In this document: in pieces, positions 35,361 through 44,660 of the stretch
Layout: each line of letters starts with the position of its first letter
How positions within the stretch are numbered: the stretch's first letter is position 1
Virus record (IMG/VR): IMGVR_UViG_3300046518_000226
Coordinates: 1-64,000 of that record
From: a virus
Reading direction: 5' to 3' (one strand)
Length of the DNA stretch: 64,000 nucleotides
Notes under the pieces: model-generated
What the model saw: the letters and a program-made list of their open reading frames with translations, nothing else
What the model was told of the DNA's origin: nothing
The model's database searches: none
Position numbers and translations under genes: made by a program

Positions 35361-36989
35361 ATGACTGATATCGCGCTCGAAGTTGCCCACAACCCAAATG
35401 CTCCCAAAGATGAGCAGCAGGACGCTATGCGCGTTGCAACGCAGGCGGCTGTTCCTTCGTCCGTGCCGGACATGCTGCCGCTCGTGAAGTACGTGGCCGA
35501 GCAATATGCGCAGCAGCAGGAGGAGAGCCAGTTCGCCAAGGCGTTCATGAAGCCGAACGTGATCCCGTTCCCGAGCCGCAGCGTCGAGGAAGGCAAGGCC
35601 GGCATGCAGTCGGTGTGGCTGGACGATCAGCGCCTGAACATCCAGGGCGAGTGGTACGAGAAGCCTACGGCCTTCAGCTTCGACACGATGCGCACCATGG
35701 CGGATCAGACGCCTATCCTGGCCGCGGTGATGCTGACCCGTCAGCGCCAGGTGAAGCGCTTCTGCCGTGCTACTGAGGGCGGCAAAGGGCCTGGGTTCCA
35801 GATCAAGCTCAAGGATGGCACGGCCAAGGTCGGCGCCGAGGAGCAGAAGACCATTCAGCTCCTGCAAGGCTTCTTCACCAACTGCGGCTGGGAGAGCAAG
35901 CCTCGGCTGCGCCAGCGCCTACGCCGGGACAACTTCTCGGGCTTCATGGCGAAACAGATTCGGGACACGCTGATCATGGACAGCGCGCCCATCGAGTTGG
36001 AATGGAAGCGCGATCGCAACAAGGGGATCGATGGCTTCTACTCGGTCGATGGATCGACCATCCGCCTTTGCAACGAGGTCGGCTACCAGGGCGACGACGA
36101 GATCTACGCCTTGCAGGTGCTGGAAGGCCGCATCCGCGCCGCCTACACCCATGACGACCTCATCTACGTGCCACGCAACCCGCGCTCCGACGTGCTGGCC
36201 GGCGGCTACGGCATGTCCGAGACCGAGCTGCTGATCAAGGTGGTCACCGGCTTCCTGAACGCGTTCACGTACAACACCAAGTTCTTCGACTCGAACGCCA
36301 TTCCGAAGGGGCTGCTGCACCTCAATGGCGACTACGACGAAGCCGATTTGAACTCGTTCCGTCGCCAGTGGAACGGCATGGTCAAGGGCATCAACAACGC
36401 CTGGACACTCCCGGTGATGGTGTCCAAAAACAGCGAGTCGAAGGTCAACTTCGAGCACTTCAATGCCGACGTGAACGATGTGATGTTCGGCAAGTGGATG
36501 ACCTTCCTCACCTCGATCATCTGCGCCATCTACGGCATGGCTCCGGACGAGATCAACTTCGAGAGCTTCACCACCGGCACCAGCTCGCTGTCTGGCAACG
36601 ACACCGAGGAAAAGCTGATCAACTCCAAGGACAAGGGGTTGCGACCGCTGCTCGCGCACTACGAGGATCTGTTCAGCGACTACATCGTCGCCGAGTTCGG
36701 GGACAAGTATGTGTTCCGGTGGGCCGGCCTGGACGAGAAAGATCCGAAGCAGCTGTGGGACGAGGAAAAGACCCTCAGCACCTTCAACGAGGCCCGCGCC
36801 GATCGCGGGCAGGATCCGATCAAGCAGGTGTGGGCCGATGCGCCGCTCAACCCGAACCTGATCGGCCCATGGATGCAGGAGAACATGGGGCAGCAAGAGC
36901 CGGCGCCAGGCGACGACGCACCAGCCAAGAAGGACAAGGAAGACCTCGCCAAGTCGTTCGGCATGCCAGTTTTCAGGATTGAACCATAG
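35361..36989 (+). CDS. Portal protein
   Basis: YVPRNPR..GYGMSETE..FF..NAIPKGLL..ICAIYGMAPDEINF..KGLRPLL..TFNEAR. Confidence 0.93.
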   Translation: MTDIALEVAHNPNAPKDEQQDAMRVATQAAVPSSVPDMLPLVKYVAEQYAQQQEESQFAKAFMKPNVIPFPSRSVEEGKAGMQSVWLDDQRLNIQGEWYEKPTAFSFDTMRTMADQTPILAAVMLTRQRQVKRFCRATEGGKGPGFQIKLKDGTAKVGAEEQKTIQLLQGFFTNCGWESKPRLRQRLRRDNFSGFMAKQIRDTLIMDSAPIELEWKRDRNKGIDGFYSVDGSTIRLCNEVGYQGDDEIYALQVLEGRIRAAYTHDDLIYVPRNPRSDVLAGGYGMSETELLIKVVTGFLNAFTYNTKFFDSNAIPKGLLHLNGDYDEADLNSFRRQWNGMVKGINNAWTLPVMVSKNSESKVNFEHFNADVNDVMFGKWMTFLTSIICAIYGMAPDEINFESFTTGTSSLSGNDTEEKLINSKDKGLRPLLAHYEDLFSDYIVAEFGDKYVFRWAGLDEKDPKQLWDEEKTLSTFNEARADRGQDPIKQVWADAPLNPNLIGPWMQENMGQQEPAPGDDAPAKKDKEDLAKSFGMPVFRIEP

Positions 36990-37029
36990 GCGCTGCGCCG
37001 CGAGTAGTCGTGACGCCTATGATAGCTCC

Positions 37030-37290
37030 ATCAAGCCCACGTATTCCTTGAAGCCTGACAGGGCCGGTGGGGGCTAAGCCACCGGATACTTTTCACCTTG
37101 CATCGCTCAAGGTGCTGTCGCGGTAACGCGGCAAGCCAGGCGCAGCGGAGAAGCGCAGCCCTCTGCCCAAACGGTGCCACTCCTCGCCGAATGGGTTCGT
37201 CGCAAAGGGGGAAGTCCAGCTTGTAGGTCGGTGCCGCCCAACTCCCCACTGGGAGGCACCGACCGGGGCGATCTCTCCCACCAGAACCAG
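37030..37290 (+). ncRNA. Candidate structured RNA between portal and MuF genes
   Basis: Late motif at 37008; at least five stems, including a GNRA loop. Confidence 0.45.
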
Positions 37291-37299
37291 GAATCGTCC

Positions 37300-38451
37300 G
37301 TGTCCCTCATCCTCGACCTCACGCCCGTCAGTCAGCACGCAACCGACGCGGCGCTCGAAATGCTGTTCAAGTCCACACACGACCATGACAAGGGCATCTG
37401 GAACCCGCACGAGTCCGTGCTGATCCGGCGCCTCGTCGAGCTGTTCAGCGACCGCGGCCTCGATCGGCTTGAGCACGTGAAGCAGCAGATCGTCGCGTGG
37501 GAGAATGGCGACCACCACAAGCCCGGCGCCCCTATGCCGTCCAACGTGCCAGGCATGATGACGCGCTGGTCGGATGCCGAGCTGGGTCTGGTGCGCGTCT
37601 ACCTGGAAGCCTTGCCGCCGGGCTCGTGGACAATCGACGACCACATGATGGCGGTCGACTACGTCGTTCAGCGCTACCTGCCAGCCGACGAGCTGCGCAC
37701 CGAAGCGGAGTGGATGAGCACCCGAGCCAGCCTCATGGGCAAGGTGCAGGCCAATATGGAAGGCCAAGCCACACCGCAGCAGGCGGACAAGATCCTCGCT
37801 GCCCTGCCGTCCACCCGAGCCGAGGCGTCTCACCAGTTCAAGCTCAACCAGCAGCAGCAATCCGTCATGGCGTTCGGCAATGCCCGGGCAGCTGAGAACG
37901 TGCGCGCGCTGACCGAGGATGTGCGCCACCGGATGCGCGGCGCGGTCATGCAGCACCTGGAGCAGCAGCAGACGCTGCCGGCCGGCGTGCCAGGTGAAGC
38001 GCTCCAGTCCAAGCTGGTCGATCAGTTCGGCACCCTGAACCGGGACTGGCGGCGCATCGCGGTGACCGAGGCCGGCGAGTGCCAGACGCAGGGTTTCATC
38101 GCCAGTCTGAAGCCTGGAACGAAGGTGCGCCGCGTCGAGATGTACGCGACTGCCTGCAACTTCTGCAAAAAGATCCACGGCAAGATCGCCACCGTCGTCT
38201 CTCCCGACAAACCCGACAAGGACTGGGAGAACGAGATCTGGGTCGGCAAGAACAACATCGGCCGCTCGGCGTCGCCCCGCAAACGCGTTGGCGACACCCT
38301 GGTAGACCGCGACCCGGACGAGATGTGGGCTCTCCCCGCCGGCCTGGCCCATCCGCACTGCCGCGGGCGGTGGGTGCTGGTGATCGAGGACGAGGCCGGT
38401 GATGATCCTGACTTCGCGGAATGGCTGCGCGAGACGCTTGGCGGGGAATAG
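37300..38451 (+). CDS. MuF / head morphogenesis protein
   Basis: RDWRRIAVTE, ACNFC, HPHCRGRW; AGGA RBS + GTG. Confidence 0.88.
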   Translation: MSLILDLTPVSQHATDAALEMLFKSTHDHDKGIWNPHESVLIRRLVELFSDRGLDRLEHVKQQIVAWENGDHHKPGAPMPSNVPGMMTRWSDAELGLVRVYLEALPPGSWTIDDHMMAVDYVVQRYLPADELRTEAEWMSTRASLMGKVQANMEGQATPQQADKILAALPSTRAEASHQFKLNQQQQSVMAFGNARAAENVRALTEDVRHRMRGAVMQHLEQQQTLPAGVPGEALQSKLVDQFGTLNRDWRRIAVTEAGECQTQGFIASLKPGTKVRRVEMYATACNFCKKIHGKIATVVSPDKPDKDWENEIWVGKNNIGRSASPRKRVGDTLVDRDPDEMWALPAGLAHPHCRGRWVLVIEDEAGDDPDFAEWLRETLGGE

Positions 38452-38489
38452 CTGCTATATTTGAGCAATCAACCCACTGAGTGCTCGCT

Positions 38490-38684
38490 ATGAAACTGCT
38501 AATCGCCTTCGCCCTGTCCTTCGTCACCCTCGCAGCTGCCGCTGACACCGGCAGCTGCTACACCATCGGCAGCCCCGATGCTCGCGCCTACTGCCTCGCT
38601 AAGGCCCGCCAAGACTCCAGCGTCTGCTACACCATCCAGAACCCTGACCTGCGCGCGATGTGTATGGCGGAGGTTCGCCGCTGA
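38490..38684 (+). CDS. Small secreted Cys-repeat protein
   Basis: Signal peptide; two CYTI..PD.RA.C.A repeats. Confidence 0.8.
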   Translation: MKLLIAFALSFVTLAAAADTGSCYTIGSPDARAYCLAKARQDSSVCYTIQNPDLRAMCMAEVRR

Positions 38685-38699
38685 ATGATATGCTGACCT

Positions 38700-39065
38700 C
38701 AGCGGTTCACCCGTGGTGAGCGCGCGCAATGCGATAACGCCCACGGGCAGCTCTTGACGCTGGTGTCCAGCAATGGTGGTCGGGGTTTGCCAGCCTCGAA
38801 AAGACTGCCGGGTAGCCGTATAAGAGGCCGCTACCGATCTGTAAGTAAGCGTGCGGCGGATGGCTTAAAGATGCGCCACCCGATGAGGAGAATGGCTGCG
38901 GCCACTGTTCCGTGTAACTGGAGTCGGGATCTGAGTTCCCGGAAAGCCTGCCCGTTAGTCGGGGCGTGCACCAAAAGCCACAACGTAATGCAGTGGTGAC
39001 GTGGCACGAGCCGCAGCAGAAGCGAGGATACCAGCCACGCAAAGCCGCCTACGGGCGGCTTTTTC
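38700..39065 (+). ncRNA. Candidate ~360-nt structured ncRNA
   Basis: Extended -10 TGaTATGCT 38686-94, many stems, own terminator, no credible ORF. Confidence 0.5.
39041..39065 (+). terminator. Intrinsic terminator
   Basis: AAAGCCGCC-TACG-GGCGGCTTT + T run. Confidence 0.9.
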
Positions 39066-39091
39066 ATGCTCGCTGTTCCCTTCGCTCGCAG

Positions 39092-39106
39092 TCGTGACGG
39101 CACGAT
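39092..39106 (+). promoter_or_regulatory. Late-promoter motif, leaderless start
   Basis: TCGTGA-cgg-CACGAT-6 nt-ATG(39113). Confidence 0.8.
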
Positions 39107-39112
39107 GGCGAC

Positions 39113-39997
39113 ATGAACCAAGACGAACAGCTGTTAGCTGATATCCCCGAATTCCTCAGCATCTCCGAGATGCTGAAAGCCACGCCTTCTGAGGAAGGTG
39201 GGGAACGCTTCATCTATCTGGAAGCCAGCAACGAGGGCGTCGACCAGCAGGGCGAACGCGTTCTTGCCAAGGCGCTGGAGGATAGCGCGAGCCACTTCCT
39301 CAAGTTCGGCAACATCGACCTCGACCACTTCACGATCATCGGCCAGCGCATGGGCTTGGCGAACCCGATGGCCTACGAAGTCGGCCGCCCTGTGGACGTG
39401 ACAGTTCGCGGCGATCGCACCTTCGTCAAGGCGCAGCTCTACAAGGGCACAGGCGAACTCGCGAAGAACGCGAACATGGTCTGGGAGTCGATGACCCAGC
39501 TCAACCCGCCGGCGCGCTGGTATCCGTCCGTGGGCGGCTCGGTGCTCGCCAAGAGCGTTCAGCTCGACCCGGCGACCAACGAGAAGGTCGGCTTGGTCAC
39601 TAAGGTGCGGTGGACGAACATCGCCCTGAGCCGCACGCCGGTGAACCAGCACCTGCCAGCCGCGGGCACTGTGCCTCTGGCAACCTTCGCCAAGTCGCTC
39701 GGCGGTCTGGTGATGAGCAAGTCGCTCACCGCTGGCTACGGCTCGGACATGGCGAACCTGTCGGGCGGTGCGGCCATCCGCATGCAGTCGCTCGATGGTG
39801 TTCCGCAGTCTTACTACGAATTCCGCGACGAGATTTCTGGCGCGGTCAGCAGTCGTGAGGCCAATAATCAATCCCGAAACGGCTTGATCGCGTACTCAAC
39901 GCAAAAATTCAATCTGTCGGCTGAAGAAGCTGCGGAATGGGTGGATCGCTTCCTGAGCGATTTGAAAAAACATCAATCTAACCGGAGCAATCCATGA
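39113..39997 (+). CDS. Prohead protease
   Basis: EAS...DQQGE..FGNIDLDH..SVGG..IALS..PVN; located before scaffold and capsid genes. Confidence 0.85.
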   Translation: MNQDEQLLADIPEFLSISEMLKATPSEEGGERFIYLEASNEGVDQQGERVLAKALEDSASHFLKFGNIDLDHFTIIGQRMGLANPMAYEVGRPVDVTVRGDRTFVKAQLYKGTGELAKNANMVWESMTQLNPPARWYPSVGGSVLAKSVQLDPATNEKVGLVTKVRWTNIALSRTPVNQHLPAAGTVPLATFAKSLGGLVMSKSLTAGYGSDMANLSGGAAIRMQSLDGVPQSYYEFRDEISGAVSSREANNQSRNGLIAYSTQKFNLSAEEAAEWVDRFLSDLKKHQSNRSNP

Positions 39998-40635
39998 GCA
40001 AATTTCAAGAATTGCTCGCTGCTATCGACACTGAAGCGGCAGAGCAAAGTGAACTCGCCAAGTCCATTCCCGCAGTCACCCCGGCTGACGACAAGGCTGT
40101 CGCTGCTGCGGCAGGCGATGAAGGCGCAGGCGATGCAGCTATCACCGACGCTGATAAAGCGAAAACCCAAGCCGAGCAGGATCTGGCCAAGTCCCTGAAC
40201 CCTGAAGACAACGTCCAGGTGATCGAGGTCGACGAGCTGATCAAGTCCATGGGCGACCTGAATCAGCGCTTCGACGAAAACGAAGGCCTGATGGCGAAGG
40301 CTCTCGGTGACACCCTGAACCTGGTCAAGAACCAGGGCGAGATGATCAAGTCGCAGAACGAGCTGATCAAATCGCTGACCAATCGTGTCGATGCTCTGGG
40401 CAGCCAAGGCGCTGGCCGCAAAGCATTGCTGGTTGCTACCGAGCGCGCCCAGCCTGGCGAACACCTGGCGAAGTCGCTGCCGCAGCCTGAGGCCGCCAAG
40501 CCTCAAGAAATTCTTGCCAAGTGCCTGAGTGCACAGAAGGACGGCAAGCTCACTGGTGCCGAGGTTGCTCGCGCCGAATCCCAACTGAACCATGGTTTGG
40601 CCGTAGATCCGGCAATCCTGGCTCGTATTTCCTAA
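39994..40635 (+). CDS. Scaffold-like protein
   Basis: Acidic, coiled-coil, many [LM]xK[SA] motifs. Confidence 0.75.
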   Translation: MSKFQELLAAIDTEAAEQSELAKSIPAVTPADDKAVAAAAGDEGAGDAAITDADKAKTQAEQDLAKSLNPEDNVQVIEVDELIKSMGDLNQRFDENEGLMAKALGDTLNLVKNQGEMIKSQNELIKSLTNRVDALGSQGAGRKALLVATERAQPGEHLAKSLPQPEAAKPQEILAKCLSAQKDGKLTGAEVARAESQLNHGLAVDPAILARIS

Positions 40636-40650
40636 GCCCCGGAGGCATTA

Positions 40651-42114
40651 ATGGACTTTCTCAACAACCCCAATACCTCCGGCGCATCCATTGCCGGGGA
40701 CATGGGTCAGGAAGAACTGGTCGCACTGCAGAAGTCTCTGCAAGCTGGCTACGGTTCCGACATGAACGACCTGAGCGGCGGTTCCGCACTGCGTATCCAG
40801 TCGCTGGATACCACGCTGCAAGCAACCGTGCAGGACAACCAGCACTTCGCGCTGTTCAACGCCCTGCCGAAGCCCAAGGCTACCGCGGTGCTGGACGAAT
40901 GGACTGAGCAGTCCGAAATCGGTGGCTTCCTGGGCGATAGCTTTAACGACCAGGATGGCGCCGCAGCTGAGACCGCCGGTCAGTACGACCGCCGCATCGG
41001 CCGCGTGAAGTACATGACCACCTACCGCAAAATCCCGATCGTTCTGCAAAGCCAGAACAACATCGCGGACGCGGTGTCGCTGGAAACCATCAACGGCTCG
41101 AAGCAGCTGCTGACTTCCATCGAGTTCAGCCTGTTCGAAGGTAACGACCTGGTCACCCCGAAATCGTTCGCCGGCATCCGCCAGCAGATCGAAAGCCTGG
41201 GCAGCGCCGACCACGTGATCGACATGCGTGGCGAGTCGCTGATGAGCATCGACCCGATCGCCAAGGCTGCTGAAACCGTGTTCGGCTTCGGTAACTTCGG
41301 CAAGATCACCGACCTCTACCTGCCGCCGAGCGTTCAGACCGACCTGAACATGAACCTGGATCCTGCGTTCCGTGTCGCGCTGACCAACAGCCCGAACAGC
41401 ATCGCACTGGGCACCGACGTGCGTGCGATCCAGACCTCCTACGGCGCGATCGCGACCAAGAACGACGTCTTCATCCGCGATGAGAAGATGCAGAAGCCGT
41501 TCGAGATCCGCAACTCGATCCACGCCGCTGCCGCTGTCGCCAACGCCGCGTTCAAGCCTGCGAGCATGACCGCTGTTGCCGCTGCTAACGGCGGAGCCGA
41601 CTCGTACTGGGAAAATGCCCACGCTGGTGCCTTCGTGTACTTCGTGACCGGCATCAACCAGAACGGCGAGAGCCAGGTCACCGGCGCAACCGGCGGCGCT
41701 GCTACCGTCGCTGCTGGCGGCAAGGTCACCATCACCATCAAGGCGTCCGCTTCGGGCACCGAGACCGGTTATGTGATCTACCGCGGTCGCAAGGATGGCA
41801 CCGACGCTCTGACCGACGTGCGTGAGATGACCCGCGTGCCGAAGAACACCGGCGGCGACACCGTGTACGTCGACCTGAACCGCGAGATCCCGGGCACCAC
41901 CTGCTCCTACGCTCTGAACCTGTCGCCAAGCGACCACGCCATCGCATGGCGTCAGTACCTGCCGATGATGAAGATCCCGATGGCAGCGGTGAACAGCCCG
42001 ATCATCCCTTGGCTGCAAATGATCTGCGGTTACCTGCGGATCACCAAGCGCAACCAACACGTGGTGATCAAAAACATCGTGCCTCGCGGCGCGGCCTGGA
42101 AGCCTTTCGGCTGA
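40651..42114 (+). CDS. Major capsid protein (SPO1/Herelleviridae-like)
   Basis: KSL.AGYG....GG.ALR.QSLD..IEFSLFEG..F.GI..QI..VIDMRG. Confidence 0.9.
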   Translation: MDFLNNPNTSGASIAGDMGQEELVALQKSLQAGYGSDMNDLSGGSALRIQSLDTTLQATVQDNQHFALFNALPKPKATAVLDEWTEQSEIGGFLGDSFNDQDGAAAETAGQYDRRIGRVKYMTTYRKIPIVLQSQNNIADAVSLETINGSKQLLTSIEFSLFEGNDLVTPKSFAGIRQQIESLGSADHVIDMRGESLMSIDPIAKAAETVFGFGNFGKITDLYLPPSVQTDLNMNLDPAFRVALTNSPNSIALGTDVRAIQTSYGAIATKNDVFIRDEKMQKPFEIRNSIHAAAAVANAAFKPASMTAVAAANGGADSYWENAHAGAFVYFVTGINQNGESQVTGATGGAATVAAGGKVTITIKASASGTETGYVIYRGRKDGTDALTDVREMTRVPKNTGGDTVYVDLNREIPGTTCSYALNLSPSDHAIAWRQYLPMMKIPMAAVNSPIIPWLQMICGYLRITKRNQHVVIKNIVPRGAAWKPFG

Positions 42115-42120
42115 TCAGTT

Positions 42121-42146
42121 GGGGGCGGCTTCGGTCGCCCCCTTTC
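42121..42146 (+). terminator. Hairpin terminator after the capsid gene
   Basis: GGGGGCGGC-TTCG-GTCGCCCCC-TTT. Confidence 0.8.
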
Positions 42147-42166
42147 ACCGCTACCGAGGAAACGAC

Positions 42167-42676
42167 ATGCCTTTCATCATTCGTGAACACCCAACCCACC
42201 TCACGCCGATCAACGGCGTGGCGTTTGCCGTGCATGAAGCCGGCTCGATTTCTGCCGAGGTCGGCGACGAGCTGGCCGAGCTGTTCCTGTCGGTGCCGCT
42301 TTTCCGCCTGGCTGAAGACGACGAGCTGCCTGAAGGCGTGAAGCCTACTCCAGCTCCGGTCGTTACTCCTCCGGTCGTCAAGGAGACCGCGGCGCAGAAG
42401 AAGGCTCGCGAGAAGGCCGAGCGCGAGAAGGCTGCACAGGAGCAGGCTGAGCAGGATGCTGCCGCGCAGGCCGCGATTGATGCCGCCAACAAGCCAGCGG
42501 AAGGCGACACCACCACCGAGCAGACTGGCGGTGAAGATGGTGAGCAAACTGGCGGCGAGCAGATCGATGGCGAAAAGCCTGAGGGCGATGCAGCCACCAC
42601 CCAGAACAACCCTGAGACAGGCGCCAATGGCGACGGCGCCACTGCCGGCGACCCGCCTGCCGACGACGTCTTCTAA
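42167..42676 (+). CDS. Head-associated hypothetical protein, low-complexity tail
   Basis: GAGGA RBS; INGVAF motif; follows the capsid gene. Confidence 0.75.
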   Translation: MPFIIREHPTHLTPINGVAFAVHEAGSISAEVGDELAELFLSVPLFRLAEDDELPEGVKPTPAPVVTPPVVKETAAQKKAREKAEREKAAQEQAEQDAAAQAAIDAANKPAEGDTTTEQTGGEDGEQTGGEQIDGEKPEGDAATTQNNPETGANGDGATAGDPPADDVF

Positions 42677-42685
42677 GGAGGCCAC

Positions 42686-42856
42686 ATGGCAACCCCGACC
42701 CCGACCAAAGAGCAGCTTGCTCACCTGCTGAACAACATCAACATCGGCACCAACAAGGCGAAGCTCGGCGATCTGATCGTCCGACTGTTCGAGCGTGTTG
42801 AAGCGCTGGAATTGAATCAGGGGCCTCCGCCGCCGCCACCTGATGGCGGCATGTAA
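42686..42856 (+). CDS. Small 56-aa protein (below ORF-track cutoff)
   Basis: AAGGAGG RBS; MATPTPTKEQLAHLLNN..AKLGDLI; terminator 42887-42912. Confidence 0.75.
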   Translation: MATPTPTKEQLAHLLNNINIGTNKAKLGDLIVRLFERVEALELNQGPPPPPPDGGM

Positions 42857-42925
42857 GACTGACCCTTGCCGAGTTTCGGCGTTCCAAAAGGCCGCCCTGT
42901 GCGGCCTTTCTTATGAGTGACCCAC

Positions 42926-44017
42926 ATGACCACGATCGTTGCCGGAAGCCCGGCCAAATTCACGGTGACCGTCCAGCGCGATGGGAAGCCGCTTACGCTC
43001 GATGGCGATATTGCCATGCGGGTGTTCAGCATCGACGGCCGCCGGGAGCTGATCAGCACCACCGAAGTCGATCCCACCGCGGATGGCGCCGACTTCGCGA
43101 ATGGCATCGTCTCGATCGCGCTCACCGGCGATCAGACCACCCAACTTCCTGCCGGCCAAGCGCTGCTGGTGCTGTCTGGCTCCTTCGGGCTCCACCGGTT
43201 CAAGCTGGTCGTCGAGCCGCTGTTTGAAGGGACGCGCAACTCTCTGTTCATCCGCGACCTGGTGGTCGACGAGATCCGCCAAGACCGCCTGATGTCGGCG
43301 GCGGCCGGCGTGCTGCAGGGCGTGTCCGTGTCGGATGGCTACATCTGGGACAAGATCCGCGCTGCCGAATCCGAGATGGCGCACACCCTGCGCGTGCCGC
43401 TGGTGCCGACGCACTTCTTCTCGATCCAGCCGACCGAGGAGCAGATTGCTGCGCTCGATGGCATGGCCTGGGCGATTGACCCGGCCTACGACTACTCGCC
43501 CGACATGTTCCAAGGCGACAAGTGGGGCTTCATGATCACCCGGCAGCGGCCGATCATCTCGATCACGCACCTGCGCTTCGCCTACCCGACCTCCGATCGC
43601 GGCTTCGTCGACATCCCGCTCGACTGGATCCGCACCGACAACAAGTACGGCCACCTGCGCATCGTGCCCGCCTCGCCGGCCGTGTTCATGACTATGAGCG
43701 CCTTCATCATGACCGCGCTCACCGGTGGTCGCTCGATCCCGTCCATGATGCAGCTTGAGTACACCGCCGGCCTGACTGACGTCGAAACGAACTTCCCCGA
43801 GCTGCTGGACGCCATCAAGAAAATGGCGGTGCTCAAGATCGTCGGCGATGCGTTCCTGCCGCAGTCCGGCTCGATCAGCGGCGATGGCCTGTCGGAATCC
43901 ATGTCCGTGGACATGACCAAGTACCACGACGCCATCGACTACATCATCAACGGGCCGAAGGGCTCGAACGGCGGCCTGATGACCAAGATCCACGGCATCC
44001 GCATGCTGGTCATGTGA
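42926..44017 (+). CDS. Head-tail adaptor / neck protein
   Basis: KIRAAESE..YDY..EYTAG..SISGDGLSES; gene position. Confidence 0.75.
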   Translation: MTTIVAGSPAKFTVTVQRDGKPLTLDGDIAMRVFSIDGRRELISTTEVDPTADGADFANGIVSIALTGDQTTQLPAGQALLVLSGSFGLHRFKLVVEPLFEGTRNSLFIRDLVVDEIRQDRLMSAAAGVLQGVSVSDGYIWDKIRAAESEMAHTLRVPLVPTHFFSIQPTEEQIAALDGMAWAIDPAYDYSPDMFQGDKWGFMITRQRPIISITHLRFAYPTSDRGFVDIPLDWIRTDNKYGHLRIVPASPAVFMTMSAFIMTALTGGRSIPSMMQLEYTAGLTDVETNFPELLDAIKKMAVLKIVGDAFLPQSGSISGDGLSESMSVDMTKYHDAIDYIINGPKGSNGGLMTKIHGIRMLVM

Positions 44018-44027
44018 GGGAGGCGCC

Positions 44028-44660
44028 ATGAGACTGAACCCCGGACACTTCAACCGCTTCCTCAACAACATCGGCCAGCAGTTCGTGTGGCGCCGGGCCT
44101 ATGCGTGCTCGTGCGCGACACCGGAGAGTGGCGCCCCGTCTACCAAGTGCCCTCTCTGCCTCGGCAAGGGGCACATTTGGGTCAATCCCGTCCAGGCATC
44201 AGCGGCGGCGGCTGGGCAGAAGACGCAGGTCGCTTGGGCGCAGATGGGGCTCTACGAGAAGGGCGATATGGTCATGACCGTGCCAGAGAACTCGCCGCTA
44301 TGGGATGCTGGCCAGTTCGACCGCGTGACCATGCTGAACGCCACCGATCGCTTCTCGCAGCCGCTGAAACGTGGCGCTCCGACCGAGAAGCTGATGTTCA
44401 CGGTGAAGCAGATCGATCGGGTGTTCTGGATCGGCCCAGACCAGACGCTGGTCGAGGGCGGCATTCCGACTGTGGATGCGAATGGCCGGCCGACCTGGAA
44501 GACGGGTGAGCCGCCGCCGGGCATGTCCTACTCGATCAGCGGCACGCGCCTGTCGGAGTATTTCATCTATCAGGATCTGCCGCGGAACCGGAACATGCAC
44601 GATGGGGCAAGGCTGCCGAAACTGACCGTGCTGCGGCGCTGGGATCTGCTGGGGCGCTAG
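44028..44660 (+). CDS. Head closure / neck protein
   Basis: WRRAYACSC..CPLCLGKG; gene position. Confidence 0.7.
   Translation: MRLNPGHFNRFLNNIGQQFVWRRAYACSCATPESGAPSTKCPLCLGKGHIWVNPVQASAAAAGQKTQVAWAQMGLYEKGDMVMTVPENSPLWDAGQFDRVTMLNATDRFSQPLKRGAPTEKLMFTVKQIDRVFWIGPDQTLVEGGIPTVDANGRPTWKTGEPPPGMSYSISGTRLSEYFIYQDLPRNRNMHDGARLPKLTVLRRWDLLGR

Noticed and set aside
38700-39040. Hammerhead, pistol, cobalamin riboswitch, tmRNA or RNase P
   Set aside because: Only fragments (GATGAG, TAAGCG, GCCACTG) are present; full cores were not found by eye
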